Shown here: piece after piece, positions 25,573 to 38,137 of the stretch
Layout: each line of letters opens with the position of its first letter
Position numbering within the stretch: the first letter of the stretch is position 1
Origin: Octopus sinensis
Lineage: Eukaryota
DNA length: 64,000 nucleotides
Reading direction: 5' to 3'
NCBI RefSeq assembly: GCF_006345805.1
Contig: NC_043011.1
Span: 8,804,001-8,868,000 of the forward strand
Notes under the pieces: model-generated
What the model was told of the DNA's origin: nothing
The model's input: only the letters and a program-made list of their open reading frames with translations
Database searches by the model: none
Made by a program: the position numbers and the translations under genes

Positions 25573-25988
25573 GTGTGTATGCTTGCTTTTTAAGAATATT
25601 TTTTAATTGCTTTTTTCTTGTATATTAAAGCAAACTTTGGATTCATATATCTAAGCACAGGTCACAAATATAGAGTGTCGAAATTATGATGAGATTTGAT
25701 GAATAACTGATGAAGGGATCAAGCGTGCTCTCGTCTATTGTATTATTCTGTTATTCGTATATTCCTTTGCCTTTCTCCCGTGCTGTGTAAGTATGTGTCT
25801 TTCTTCTGTCATCGGACTGCGGCCATGGTGGGGCACCGCCACGAAGGGTTTAATCGAACACAATGATCCCGGCACTTACTTATTTTTCTATCGATATCTT
25901 TCTGTCGAAACTGCTATATTACGAGGATTTAAACAAACCAGCACCGCTTATGAAGGGGGTGGGGTGGATTGAAAGCACCAAAATAAAG

Positions 25989-26028
<40 letters not shown>

Positions 26029-26228
26029 ATTCACACATACATGCGTGCACGCACACACATGTATGCGCATATATATACACGCACACGTATATGCATCTCG
26101 AAACAGTACACTACGTGTGTGTGTGCATGTGCGTGTATGTGTGTGTGTGTTTATGTGTGTGTGCATATACGTGTGCGTGTATATATATGCGCATACATGT
26201 GTGTGCGTGCACGCATGTATGTGTGAAT

Positions 26229-26266
<38 letters not shown>

Positions 26267-26650
26267 CTTTATTTTGGTGCTTTCAATCCACCCCCCCTCG
26301 TAATATAGCGGTTTCGACAGAAAGATATCGATAGAAAAATAAGTAAGTGCCGGGATCATTGTGTTCGATTAAACCCTTCGTGGCGGTGCCCCACCATGGC
26401 CGCAGTCCGATGACAGAAGAAAGACACATACTTACACAGCACGGGAGAAAGGCAAAGGAATATACGAATAACAGAATAATACAATAGACGAGAGCACGCT
26501 TGATCCCTTCATCAGTTATTCATCAAATCTCATCATAATTTCGACACTCTATATTTGTGAACCTGTGCTTAGATATATGAATCCAAAGTTTGCTTTAATA
26601 TACAAGAAAAAAGCAATTAAAAAATATTCTTAAAAAGCAAGCATACACAC

Positions 26651-26723
26651 TGCCGAAACCCGGGATCGAACCAGGGACCTTTAGATCTTCAGTCTAACGC
26701 TCTCCCAACTGAGCTATTTCGGC
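26651..26723 (-). tRNA. tRNA-Phe(GAA)
   Basis: Exact reverse complement of 25500-25572. Confidence 0.97.
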
Positions 26724-27113
26724 TGCTCTGGTTTCGCATACCATTCTGATTACTATAAATTACATGAAATTACAGCCAATGGTGATTGGTTTGTTACTCA
26801 TTGTTTGTCGTTTTATAATTGTTTTACAACAGTCTGTCTGCCTCTCTTTTCCTCTCCCTCTCTCTGTTTCAACGAAAAACGAACTCCACCTGGTGAGAGA
26901 AAAGTATTATTTAATTAACACAGAATAGATTTTTACTATGAAAACAACTCGGACAGCATTTTATGACACGCCTGGGGCTTTCACTCAATCCTCGGGTAGA
27001 GCAAGCACCAGACGCATATAACATAGTGCCTGAGTTGCTTTCATCGCATGAAACTATTGGTAGCTCATAAAAATATATATTGTATTTATTGATTTATATA
27101 TATATATATATAC

Positions 27114-27458
27114 ACTAGCACTATGACCCGGCAACGCCGGGTCATAGTGCTAGTGCATCCATATACATGTGAGTACTGTCCAAATCTCCGACCAATCACA
27201 TACAGCTAGCTGGCATTCAATTGGCGTATCAAGTTTCGGGCATTTTGATTGGGTTTTGGATAGAAAATTCACACAAAAGTAACTTCTATTGATTTTTTAA
27301 TGGCTTTGCGGGGTGACTGGAGAAATGTAAAGATGTGCACGACCACCCTTGGACAGTTTTGAATGACCATAGAAAGTGCGAGCCCTCTAACCGAAAAATT
27401 GTGGATTTGTATAAAGGATGCACACACAGACAGACATTTTGCCGTTTATATATATATA
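27114..27458 (-). mobile_element. Non-autonomous Helitron-like element
   Basis: 5' TATATATAAACGGCAAAATGTCTGTCTGTG; 3' hairpin CCCGGCGTTGCCGGG followed by CTAGT. Confidence 0.65.
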
Positions 27459-27489
<31 letters not shown>

Positions 27490-27578
27490 CTCTCTTTGAT
27501 ATGTAGATCCAATCTTCCTTCTAAAGACACACACACAAAACACTTTTCAATAATTAAAAAAAAACAAAACACAAGCAC

Positions 27579-27651
27579 TGCCGAAACACGGGATCGAACC
27601 AGGGACACTTAAATCTTCAGTCTAGCGCTCTCCCAACTGAGCTATTTCGGC
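27579..27651 (-). pseudogene. Degenerate tRNA-Phe(GAA), probable pseudogene
   Basis: A and B boxes are intact, but there are about 5 changes, including mismatches in the anticodon stem (C-A) and T stem (C-T). Confidence 0.8.
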
Positions 27652-28016
27652 TGTGTTGTTTCCAAATGTCATTCTGATTACTATCAATTACATAAAATTA
27701 CAGTCACTGGTGATTGGTTTGTTACTCATTGTTTATCGTTGTTTTATAATTGCTCTACAACAGTCTGCCTGCCTCTCTCTTTCTCTCTAACCCCCCCTCT
27801 CTCTGTTGGAAACAGTGGCGAAATTTCCCTTAAACCACACCGTCTGAAATAAAGAAACGTTTAATCGACAAGCTCTGGTCTGGGCAGGAGCAGCCTGCGC
27901 CATTAAAACTGGTCTCAGCCAATCCAACATTCCACCGCTGACACAATTATTTTAATTAATGTATTAAACAATGAATATATATATATATATATATATATAT
28001 CACTACAGCCATTCTT

Positions 28017-28058
<42 letters not shown>

Positions 28059-28119
28059 CCGCTCTCTCTCTCTCTCTCTATGTATGTATGTATGTATGTA
28101 TGTATGTATGTATGTATGT

Positions 28120-28750
28120 CATTATTCAGTTTTATTTCAAGATATCTTCCCAGTAGAGAAAGAACCGGTTTCTAACCTAGTTCCAACGCTCCTTCACTGG
28201 AATTTCAACATCAACAACAGGGTATTTTTGCAGATTTGCATATCTAGACACACTTATATATATTTAAATGATAAACTTCTGGAAAGTTTTTCAGATTATA
28301 ACAGTTCCAATGATAGATTGGATCTGTAGTCTTCGAATAAGCTTTCTTCTTTCTGGTTTTGGGAAGCCTAATATTTCAAGATTGGTATTTAGGCAGTGTG
28401 TTACATATCCCGGGGCCCCAATTTTCACAGGTATAAACCTGGACTTGTAATCTGGATAGAGTAACTGCAGATTTCTCAATAGTTCAGCATAAGTATTCTC
28501 TTTTTACACTGATCTTTAGCTTTACGTTAACGTCTGCTGGGCAACTAGTTTCCACAACTGTACATAGTTTCTCTTCTCTATCCCAAATCATTATATCAGG
28601 TCTGTTGTGTTTACATTTCATTGAGGTCTTCGATAGGACATTCCACCAGTACCCCCTTTTCATTATGAGTGGCTATGGCTTCTACCATGCTGTGAGCTCT
28701 TATTTCTTTGTCCTCGGAGTTATCCTTTCGACGGATTTCATTATAGTGTC
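28120..28750 (-). mobile_element. 3' end of an RLE-type non-LTR element ending in (CATA)n
   Basis: WWNV..KHNRPDIMIWDREEKLCTVVE.SCPAD..Y..L..FIPVKIGAPG restriction-like endonuclease motifs; the 3'UTR runs into a CATA repeat at 28079-28118. Confidence 0.8.
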
Positions 28751-29053
28751 CAACCTACAACATAATACTGTGATGACATTTTATGACAATTGCTGATGAT
28801 GTGGCTAATATCTTCGGTGTTAACTCAACATATATATGTGTGTGTGTGTATGTGTGTGACAAACTTCCGTACAATTTCCATCCGCCCAATTCCGGCCACT
28901 GTGACTCCCGGTGTGTTCGAACACAGAACCACGTGGACACAAAACGAACACGTTCATCCCGCAGCCACATCTGACACTCAAAACCCGTCAAATGGGGAAG
29001 GTTTTCTCGTCAGAATTGTGTTGAGAATTGATTTTTGAGGCTCAACCTGAAGC

Positions 29054-29477
29054 CGCCACCGTCACCACCGCTGCCGCCACCACCACCACCACCACCACCA
29101 CCACCACCACCGTCACCGCCGCCACCACCACCACCACACACCACCACCACCAACACCACCAACCACCGCCACCACCACCACCACCGCCACCACCACCACC
29201 ACCGCCACCACCACCACCACCACCACCACCACCACCACCGCCACCACCACCACCACCACCACCGCCACCACCACCGCCGTCACCGCCGCCACCACCACCA
29301 CCACCACCACCACCACCACCACCAACCAACACCACCATCGCCATCGCCGCCACCGCCGCCGCCGCCGCCGCCGCCACCACCACCACCGCCGCCGCCGCCG
29401 CCACACCACCACCACCACCACCACCACCACCACCATCGCCATCGCCGCCATCGCCGCCATCGCCGCCATCGCCGCCA

Positions 29478-29509
<32 letters not shown>

Positions 29510-29879
29510 CCACCACCACCACCACCACCACCACCACCAACACCACCACCACCACCGTCACCGCCGCCACACCACCACCACCGTCACCGCCGCCACCACA
29601 CCACCACCACACCACCACCACCACCAACCACCACCACCACCACCGCCGCCACCACCACCACACCACCACCACCAACCACCACCACCACACCAACCACCAC
29701 CATCGCCATCGCCGCCATCGCCGCCATCGCCGCCATCGCCGCCATCGCCGCCGCCGCCGCCGCCGCCACCACCACCACCACCACCACCGCCGCCGCCGCC
29801 GCCCCACCACCACCACCAACACCACCACCACCACCATCGCCATCGCCGCCATCGCCGCCATCGCCGCCATCGCCGCCAT

Positions 29880-29913
<34 letters not shown>

Positions 29914-30010
29914 ACCACCACCAACACCACCATACGATAAGGCGGCGATGGTGGCGGCAGCGCCACCGCCGACGCCGCCACCACCTCCACCACCACCACC
30001 ACCACCATCA
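29054..30010. repeat. Compound (CCA/CCG/CCATCG) triplet array, ~950 bp
   Basis: Direct inspection; it explains the poly-Pro/His/Thr/Gly ORFs in several frames. Confidence 0.95.
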
Positions 30011-30113
30011 TCGCCGCCTTATCGTAACAATCACAAACAAATCAGTTTCTTGTTCTCTAAACCCAAACTACTCAATTGATTTAAGAAGTCAAGTCAAAAG
30101 CTAAGGTACCGTT

Positions 30114-30119
30114 GTCTCT

Positions 30120-30180
<61 letters not shown>

Positions 30181-30187
30181 AGGGACG
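30114..30187 (+). tRNA. tRNA-Asn(GTT)
   Basis: Canonical sequence with T loop TTCAAGC; oligo-T terminator at about 30194. Confidence 0.96.
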
Positions 30188-30316
30188 GTTTGCTTTTTTT
30201 TTTTAAAAAAGATATTTTGATATTTGAAAAGATCTTGAGACTGTAAATGCGCGCACTCGCAAATGCATTTAAATGATTATGGACACAGTAATGACCAAGC
30301 CATTAATAAGCTCATT

Positions 30317-30818
30317 TACCGTAAATCCTCGAGTATAGTCCGCCCTTGATTATAATACGCAGGGGATTTTTAGGGGGCTGTACCTCTGAAAAACCTGAAC
30401 CTAGTATATAAAACGCACCCCTTCTCTAACTTGAGTCAAGGAGGTCTATATAACGTCCTTGGTTTGTAAAAATGTATATGGTAACGTCCTATATTACTAT
30501 TGTATATATAACGTAATGCAAACGTGTAGCTTTTTTGTGCATTTTGTTTGCAGAAAATAAAGAAATAACAGTTATAACGTTTAATAATTGTTGCTTACTG
30601 CAAGTTATGGATGATTTTTTTATGACTTCATTGCTTTCAGGCTTAGCTTAAGGTATTTTCGCGCCCAACATCTGAATAAACATTGCCGGACAGCAAATAG
30701 AGACTCGGACATTGCTTAGAAAATAATTCTCATTTTTAACCTCGTATATAATACGCACTAGGGATTTTGACCTTTAAATTTTGGGGAAAAGTGCAGATTA
30801 TACACGAGGATTTACGTA
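30317..30818. mobile_element. Non-autonomous pogo/Tc2-like element (MITE)
   Basis: TA-CCGTAAATCCTCG.GTATA left end and TATAC.CGAGGATTTACG-TA right end; absent from the paralogous flank near 24680. Confidence 0.7.
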
Positions 30819-31539
30819 CGTATCTTTTGCAGAATCCCCTTGGAAATTTAAGACTCTATTCTAACCGTCTTTTAACAATAATGATCAAAATTCAAAGAAA
30901 ATCTTGTAAACGTCTGAAGAAATCGAGTCTCCCAGCCCCTGCCGGAGCACAATGGTCACCTGTCTGCAAGTCTTATCACAACTACTGCTGTTCAATTGTA
31001 CAACTATCGACCTATCCGGATGTAGTGGGGGATGGGGCAACTACTTATGATCCAGGTATAAGAAGATCGCGATTACCTTTAGATCTGTGTCTTCAGAAAC
31101 AGCCCTGACATGTCAGTGGACCCAAGACAGCAACAAAGAGGCGTAGACTTAGCAGTCGGTCATAAAGAGATCGAGTGAGTATTTTTTTGGATAACTGATC
31201 AGTCTGATGTCTTCAAGACATAAATTTAATAATCCGAATTGAACCGGTCTCCTTGCTTCCGCACCAACCTCAGACCATCTCTATTGATGGCGTGGCGTAG
31301 TGGATTCTGGTTTTTCTCAAGTTGTGCCATTCGTCCTTTGACCATTCCGTCGTTTACATTCTTGCTGGGAATCCTAGCCTGCATAATCCAACGAATCCTT
31401 CCTGATGTGTTTTAATGAGTCTTCACGGCCGTTTTCTTATTTTTAGCAGATCGCGTGACTATGTACGGGTTCAATGGCTGAGTATGCAGCGAGAAGCTCC
31501 CAGTTTCTAATAATAATAATAATGATAATATTATTATTA

Positions 31540-31595
<56 letters not shown>

Positions 31596-31597
31596 TT

Positions 31598-31935
31598 TGA
31601 GTGAGAGAGCAGTGCATGCCATCAAAGTGACACTGGGGTAAAATATACAAAGCCCAGTATACCCATCATGACTACCCATCTGATAAAGGTACACCAGGCA
31701 CATGCATCACAACCATATGTGCGCGACATGGTGATCTCATATCAAGATAAACAGCACATGACGTTGCAGGTGGGGCCCAGCTAGAATTTTCTTCAGGTTG
31801 AGTAGCCCATCCCGCTCAAAAGGTCCCTGAATAAGGGTTGTTTAAGGATGTTGAACGCACTACCCATGTTTCCAAAGGTGAATTATCCAAACCTTCAAGA
31901 ATCCCTCTCAACACATGGCTATGATGCTCCCCACT
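31598..31935 (-). mobile_element. ~340-bp short retroposon with (TAA)n tail, copy 1
   Basis: Close direct repeat of 32375-32712; both are flanked by TAA repeats. Confidence 0.8.
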
Positions 31936-31948
31936 TATTATTATTACT

Positions 31949-32295
31949 TTTTTTTTCTTCTTTCAAATTTGCTTCCATTTCTTGCCGAGTGTCTTCCCGA
32001 CTCCTAGGGCAAAGAAACTCATAGTATACATTGGTAGGCCATTAAACCAAACTCAATAGTTCGTTAATTTTTTTAAATTTTTTTTTTTTAAGTTAAATTA
32101 AAATACATGAGCAGCAACAGTTCTCACATCGACAATGCTCTTCTCAATACGTGTGATGTACCAGTTAAGACAATCTTTTGCACTTCTTGCAGGGATGGTA
32201 AGCCAGGGATCATTCTCATATAATTTTCGGTTCCCTTCTTGATCATTCCTAGTGCTCCTACGATCACTGGTATTGTAACCGCTTTGAGATGCCAC

Positions 32296-32296
<1 letters not shown>
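31949..32296 (-). mobile_element. 5'-truncated R4/Dong-like LINE 3' end inside a (TAA)n tract
   Basis: WHLKAVTIPVIVGALGMIKKG...LQEVQKIVLTGTSHVLRRALSM* followed by a 3'UTR and TAA repeats. Confidence 0.8.
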
Positions 32297-32371
<75 letters not shown>

Positions 32372-32374
32372 TAT

Positions 32375-32712
32375 TGAGTGAGAGAGCAGTGCATGCCATC
32401 AAAGTGACACTGGGGTAAAATATATGAAGCCCAATATACCCATCATGACTACCCGTCTGATAAGGGTACCCTAGGCACATGCATCACAACCATATGTGTG
32501 TGACATGGTGATCTCATATCAAGATAAACAGCGCACGACCTTGCAGGTGGGGCTCTGTTAGAATTTTCTTCAGGTTGAGTAGCCCATCCCGCTCAATGGG
32601 TCCCTGAATAAGGGTTGTTTAAGGATGTTGAAAGAACCACCCATGTTTCCAGAGGTGAATTATTCAAACCCCAAAGAATCCCTCTCAACACATGGCTATG
32701 ATGCTCCCCACT
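32375..32712 (-). mobile_element. ~340-bp short retroposon with (TAA)n tail, copy 2
   Basis: Repeat of 31598-31935. Confidence 0.8.
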
Positions 32713-33178
32713 TATTATTATTATTATATTATTATTATTATTATTATTTTCATCATCTTAGATTTGAGTGATGCCTCTCACTGCTACCCGCACCTCGACA
32801 ATGACCTCAGTATTTTACCCGACCATAGAATGTCCGTTCACGTTCAGTCGATGTGCTGGAAATAGCAGTCATATCACCCTAACAACACACTATCTTAGAG
32901 AACGGTGCATTTGATTATGAAGACAAAGATTCCCGGGACATAGAACAAAGACTGGATGGTCACTGGTGGAAAGACTTTGATCTGGAATGACATGAGAGTA
33001 AATAACAACTGAAGAGAAAAATAGAAGTCACACAACAGGGATGGCCTAGGGTTAGAATGGAAATAGGGAACCTACCAGTTATATGTATATATTTGTATGT
33101 GTGTGTGTGTATGTTTACAGATGGTAGTTTTTTCAATAGTCAAAAATGTTCATTTAAAGAAAAAAAAAAATTAGAAAT

Positions 33179-33185
33179 CGTCCCT

Positions 33186-33246
<61 letters not shown>

Positions 33247-33252
33247 AGAGAC
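33179..33252 (-). tRNA. tRNA-Asn(GTT)
   Basis: Reverse complement identical to 30114-30187; oligo-T downstream. Confidence 0.96.
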
Positions 33253-33645
33253 AACGGTACCTTATCGTTTGACATTACTTCTTAAATCAATGGAGAAGTT
33301 TGTGCTTGGCGAACAAGAAACTGATTTGTTTGTGATCGTTACGATAAGGCGGCGGCGGCGGTGGTGATGGTGGGGTGGGTGAGTGGTGGTTTAAGGCGGT
33401 GAAGGAAATATGTTGATGAGAAAAACACTTCAGTTTGACAGACTTTTGGTAGAGGTGTGGTTGTGTGGTTAAAAAGATCGCTTTGCGACATCGTGGTTCC
33501 ATGTTCGAAATCACTGCGAGACACGATGGGCAACTGCCTTCTAACAGAGCCTTAAGAGAAGAACTTGCTGGACGGATATTGTGCTGAAGCTCACCACATA
33601 CATACATACATACATACATACATACATACATACATACATACGTAC

Positions 33646-33705
<60 letters not shown>

Positions 33706-34093
33706 GAGATTCTTAATTGAAGAGATGCTCACACTTGGGCGTATGCATCGACACTTCAACCAACACCAACTCAACCACGTATTTACAAACACCGGGAACT
33801 CTCTAAACTAAAAAGAGTGTGTGTGTGTGCGTGGAGGGGTGGGGGGTAAAAACAGAGAGTTTAGAAGATTCTTACCGAGAAATTCTAGACTTCGATGCAA
33901 AGCAATAAAAGTGACGTCACAGAAGGATGAGATGTGAAGAGCAGCATTGGTGCGGTTTGATCTCACGACCCATGGGACACTCTCTTCTTCCTTGTTCATA
34001 TCCTGTTTGCTCAATTAAAATGACAGTGCGATTTAACATGCAATACAATTAAAAAGTAATCAGTAGTTAGATTAAGAATACTGTACACTGTCA

Positions 34094-34166
34094 GCCGAAA
34101 TAGCTCAGGTGGGAGAGCGTTAGACTGAAGATCTAAAGGTCCCTGGTTCGATCCCGGGTTTCGGCA
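34094..34166 (+). tRNA. tRNA-Phe(GAA), D-loop variant AGGTGGGA
   Basis: One substitution versus 25500-25572; cloverleaf intact. Confidence 0.96.
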
Positions 34167-36067
34167 TTTAACGCTTCGTATGTTTTCTTTTAATCCTCCT
34201 CTTCTTAAACAAGATCAGCTATTTTTATGCATGTCAATAAGGTTCAAATGCTATGTAAGGACAAAATGCTTTGTGGCATTTGTTGTGGATCGTGACGTTC
34301 TGAGTTCAAATTCTGCCGAAGATGACTTTATCATTCATCGTTTCGGTGTCGATAAAATAATCGCTAGTCGAACACACGGGTCGACGTAATTCACTACCCA
34401 CTCAATGGGCCGTCTTAACTGCATTATGGCCCGACACCCGGGCAAATTAATGCGCGGGGCCCTATGATAGTTATTTACAGACAGTAGCCCACCGCATACA
34501 CAGATCAGAATTGGGCCCCTAAACCGGTGTGGCACATGGGTATCTGCCCAGCGTGCCCATGCCTTCTCTCCCCAAATTTCAGGCCTTGTAGAAAGGATTA
34601 TCATTCTTATTAGAAACCGAGCCAGAGAACTCAATAGGGGGAAGAAGAGGGAATTTACAAGTTCCTTACTGGAGAAATTTAGATAAGTGACATCGTATAT
34701 TGTGCTGAAGCCCACCACGTATATACATGCCTGTATACACACACATGCGCACGCACATAACACGCACACGCAATCAAAGGTTGCAGTAATGGCGCATCCC
34801 GAATGAATCAAAAGGTGGTGTAATCCAAGGGTCGAGTAAGAAATCTACGAATGAGGTCCATCAAAACAGTGGGGAGGAGGTAGGGGGCCCGTGTGAACGT
34901 GCAGTAAATAGTCAATTCAAGGAAACAAACAATTCAAAGAAACGAATGAAGACGGACAAGAAGAGGACGTGCTCAAGGAATGCATTAGCTTGACGCTGGT
35001 TGGAAGGAGAGCGTTTGACGTTTCGAGCAATAGCGCTTCGTCGGAAAGGAGAAAGACAAAAGTCCAGAGAGGGAAAAGAAATCGCGAACGGCGCACGTGG
35101 AATTACATTGATGAAGTGACCGGGAGCAGACTTCTTTCTACTTTGTTTTGACCTAAGTTAGTAATCTCAAGACGGACCAATAATCGAAGAGTGCCAAGCA
35201 TGTCTATCGCTTTCCTTTTTTTTTTAATTTATACTACAACAGAACCTACGTCATTCAGTGTATCATTACTAAGGATGGTAAGATGTAATCTGAAGAAGAT
35301 TTAGTGTCTATTTCTTGCACAGAGGTTCCTTCATCGATTCAACTCCATGGCTGTTTTGTGACAAGTATGTTAGGAAACTCGAGTTATTTGTGTACGGCTA
35401 ACATTATGCTTATTGTAATAACTGGTCGCTGGTCTCGGGTTCAGAAAGATGGGACAAGAGTTCCATGGTCTACAGTGTGAAATATGTAATAAGCCAGTTG
35501 CCTGTGGTTATTCAGATGTACGGGACTAATCAGAAATTAGTATTCAAAAATATGTTCTTTCGCAGAAGTTTGTGTACGATATTAATTTCTGGAGTTGTCT
35601 ATACAAGGGAAGTAACTCTTTTATAACAATGTTGAGTATTTTCCCATGGTTGATGTGACGGTTGTCAAGTACTTTGTAAATATTTAATAAACCACTGTGA
35701 CTGTGTTTGTTTGATTGTGCGCGTTTGTGTGTGTGTACGTGGGTGTCTGTGTGTGAACGTACGTGCATGTGTGTTTGTATATGTACGTGTGTTGTGTGGG
35801 TGTGTGTGCGTGCGAGCATGCTTGTGTGTTTGTATGTATACGTGTGTTGTGTATGTGTATGTGTGTTTATGTATGTGTGTGTGTGCACACGTACTGACAC
35901 AAATACACACACACGCACAAGATATACACACACATACATTCATGCATGCTTATATAGATCTATGAATACACACACACATATAAATGCATACACACACATA
36001 TTTATAAATATATTTGTATTTATAAATATATTATATACGCATACAGACATCCGCACGCACACACACA

Positions 36068-36109
<42 letters not shown>

Positions 36110-36165
36110 ATATGCATATATAAATGTATACACATACACAAACACACTAACACGCACGCACGCAC

Positions 36166-36201
<36 letters not shown>

Positions 36202-36380
36202 ACCATATACCCTCCACTCTAGCTGAAAGAAACATGTACACATACACACACATACACTCACACACACTCACACAACACACGTACACATACAAACACACAT
36301 ACACGCGCACGCACGCGCTCACACACACATGCACACACCCACGCACATACGCATACAAGCATATACCCTCCACCCTAGCA

Positions 36381-36764
36381 GGAGGCGCAATGGCCCAGTG
36401 GTTAGTGCAGCGGACTCGCGGTCATAGGATCGCGGTTTCGATTCCCAGACCGGGCGTTGTGAGTGTTTATTGAGCGAAAACACCTAAAAGCTCCACGAGG
36501 CTCCGGCAGGGGATGGTGGTGATCCCTGCTGTACTCTTTCACCACCACTTTCTCTCACTCTTACTTCCTGTTTCTGTTGTACCTGTATTTCAAAGGGCCG
36601 GCCTTGTCACTCTCTGTGTCACGCTGAATATCCCCGAGAACTATGTTAAGGGTACACGTGTCTGTGGAGTGCTCAGCCACTTACACGTTAATTTCACGAG
36701 CAGGCTGTTCCGTTGATTCGGATCAACCGGAACCCTCGTCGTCGTAACCGTCGGAGTGCTTCCA
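36381..36764 (+). mobile_element. SINE family C with 11-bp TSD
   Basis: TSD TCCACCCTAGC at 36369-36379 and 36765-36775. Confidence 0.9.
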
Positions 36765-37571
36765 TCCACCCTAGCTGGAGGAAATATGCAGGATGCTCTG
36801 CGGACTTAAACGTGCGTAACTTGAAGTTTCTTGTTGCGATGTATTCATCACAAGACAAATGGAAGGCCTTTTCTTTCTTTGTTCCTTTTATAAGGCATGT
36901 GCAGATGATGGTAGTAACGATGGATAATATGGAACGAGTTGGCCGGAGAGGTGGGCATGGTATATGACAGAAACGTTATTTACTTTGAAGGTGGAAAGAT
37001 GACAGAATCGATTGAACATCAGATTAAATACCTTGTGGTATTTAATTACGTCCATTTAGGCTGTGAGTTCTAAATCCCATCTATGTCTCCCTTACACCTG
37101 CATCCGAGTGAACTCGATGGAAGAAGTAACAATTAATAAAACAGATATTAGATTAAGGTAAATAAATTCACTACACTTTTGAAAGTACTGCCCCAGCGTG
37201 GCCACCGACACATTGTCGAATCCAATTACAGAAGAAAACAATAGGATTTTATGAATGAATTAATTGCTAAGAATATCAAGGTTAGACCTACAAGTGGCAT
37301 GGCCACTGGTAGGTCTCGAACCACGCATCTTCCTCTTGGCTTCAATCCACTGCTGTCTCTTTTTAGAGAGTCTAATGTCATTTTACATTAAGTATTCATT
37401 TGTTTGTGTCTTCGTTCGGTGTCATTAATTCCTCTCAATTAAACGAGCTTAAGTCAAGCATGTATTCAATTAAGCGAACTTAAGTGAACCATTTATTCAA
37501 GATGGAAGTTATGAAAAGTATTTGCTTCACAAAACATATTCTCGTCCGTTTCATCGATTTTATTACTCCCG

Positions 37572-37627
<56 letters not shown>

Positions 37628-38137
37628 AACACACATACATACACAAACACAAACACACACACACAACACACACACACACACATACACAAACACACGCAAA
37701 CACACACACACAAACACACACACACGTACGAACACGCACACACGCACTCGCACAAACACACACACAGACAAACACACACACTCACACACGTACGTATGTG
37801 TCTGTGTGTGCATGTATTACGTGTATGTATCATATATATCTATATGTGTGTATCTATCTGCACATGCACACATAGATATCTTTTATCTTTTACTTGTTTC
37901 AGTCAATTGACTGCGGCCAAGCTGGAGCAGCGTTTTGAAGGGTTTTAACCGAACACATCGATCCCAGAAAAAAGATTTAAGCCTAGTACTTATTCTATCG
38001 GTTTCTTTTGCCGAACCGCTACGTTGCTGGGACGTAAACACACCAGCACCGGTTGTGAATCGGTGGTGGGGGAACAAAGAGACACACACAGAGTTTGCTT
38101 CTCTCCGTTTTTTCTTCCTCCACTTCTTTTCTCACCA

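Larger units (their letters stand above)
25357..26866. repeat. 1.5-kb near-perfect inverted repeat (arms 25357-26095 and 26162-26866)
   Basis: The arms are reverse complements apart from about 5 substitutions, a 1-nt indel and a ~35-nt indel; the spacer is about 66 nt. Confidence 0.95.

Noticed and set aside
29028-30104. Extensin/formin-like poly-Pro/His ORFs
   Set aside because: Open in several frames only because triplet repeats lack stops; the paralogous locus lacks the tract.
33715-33770. Hammerhead-like TTGAAGA-GATGC...GCATC-GACA, and CTGATGA at 25707
   Set aside because: Core nucleotides are mutated or stems are missing.
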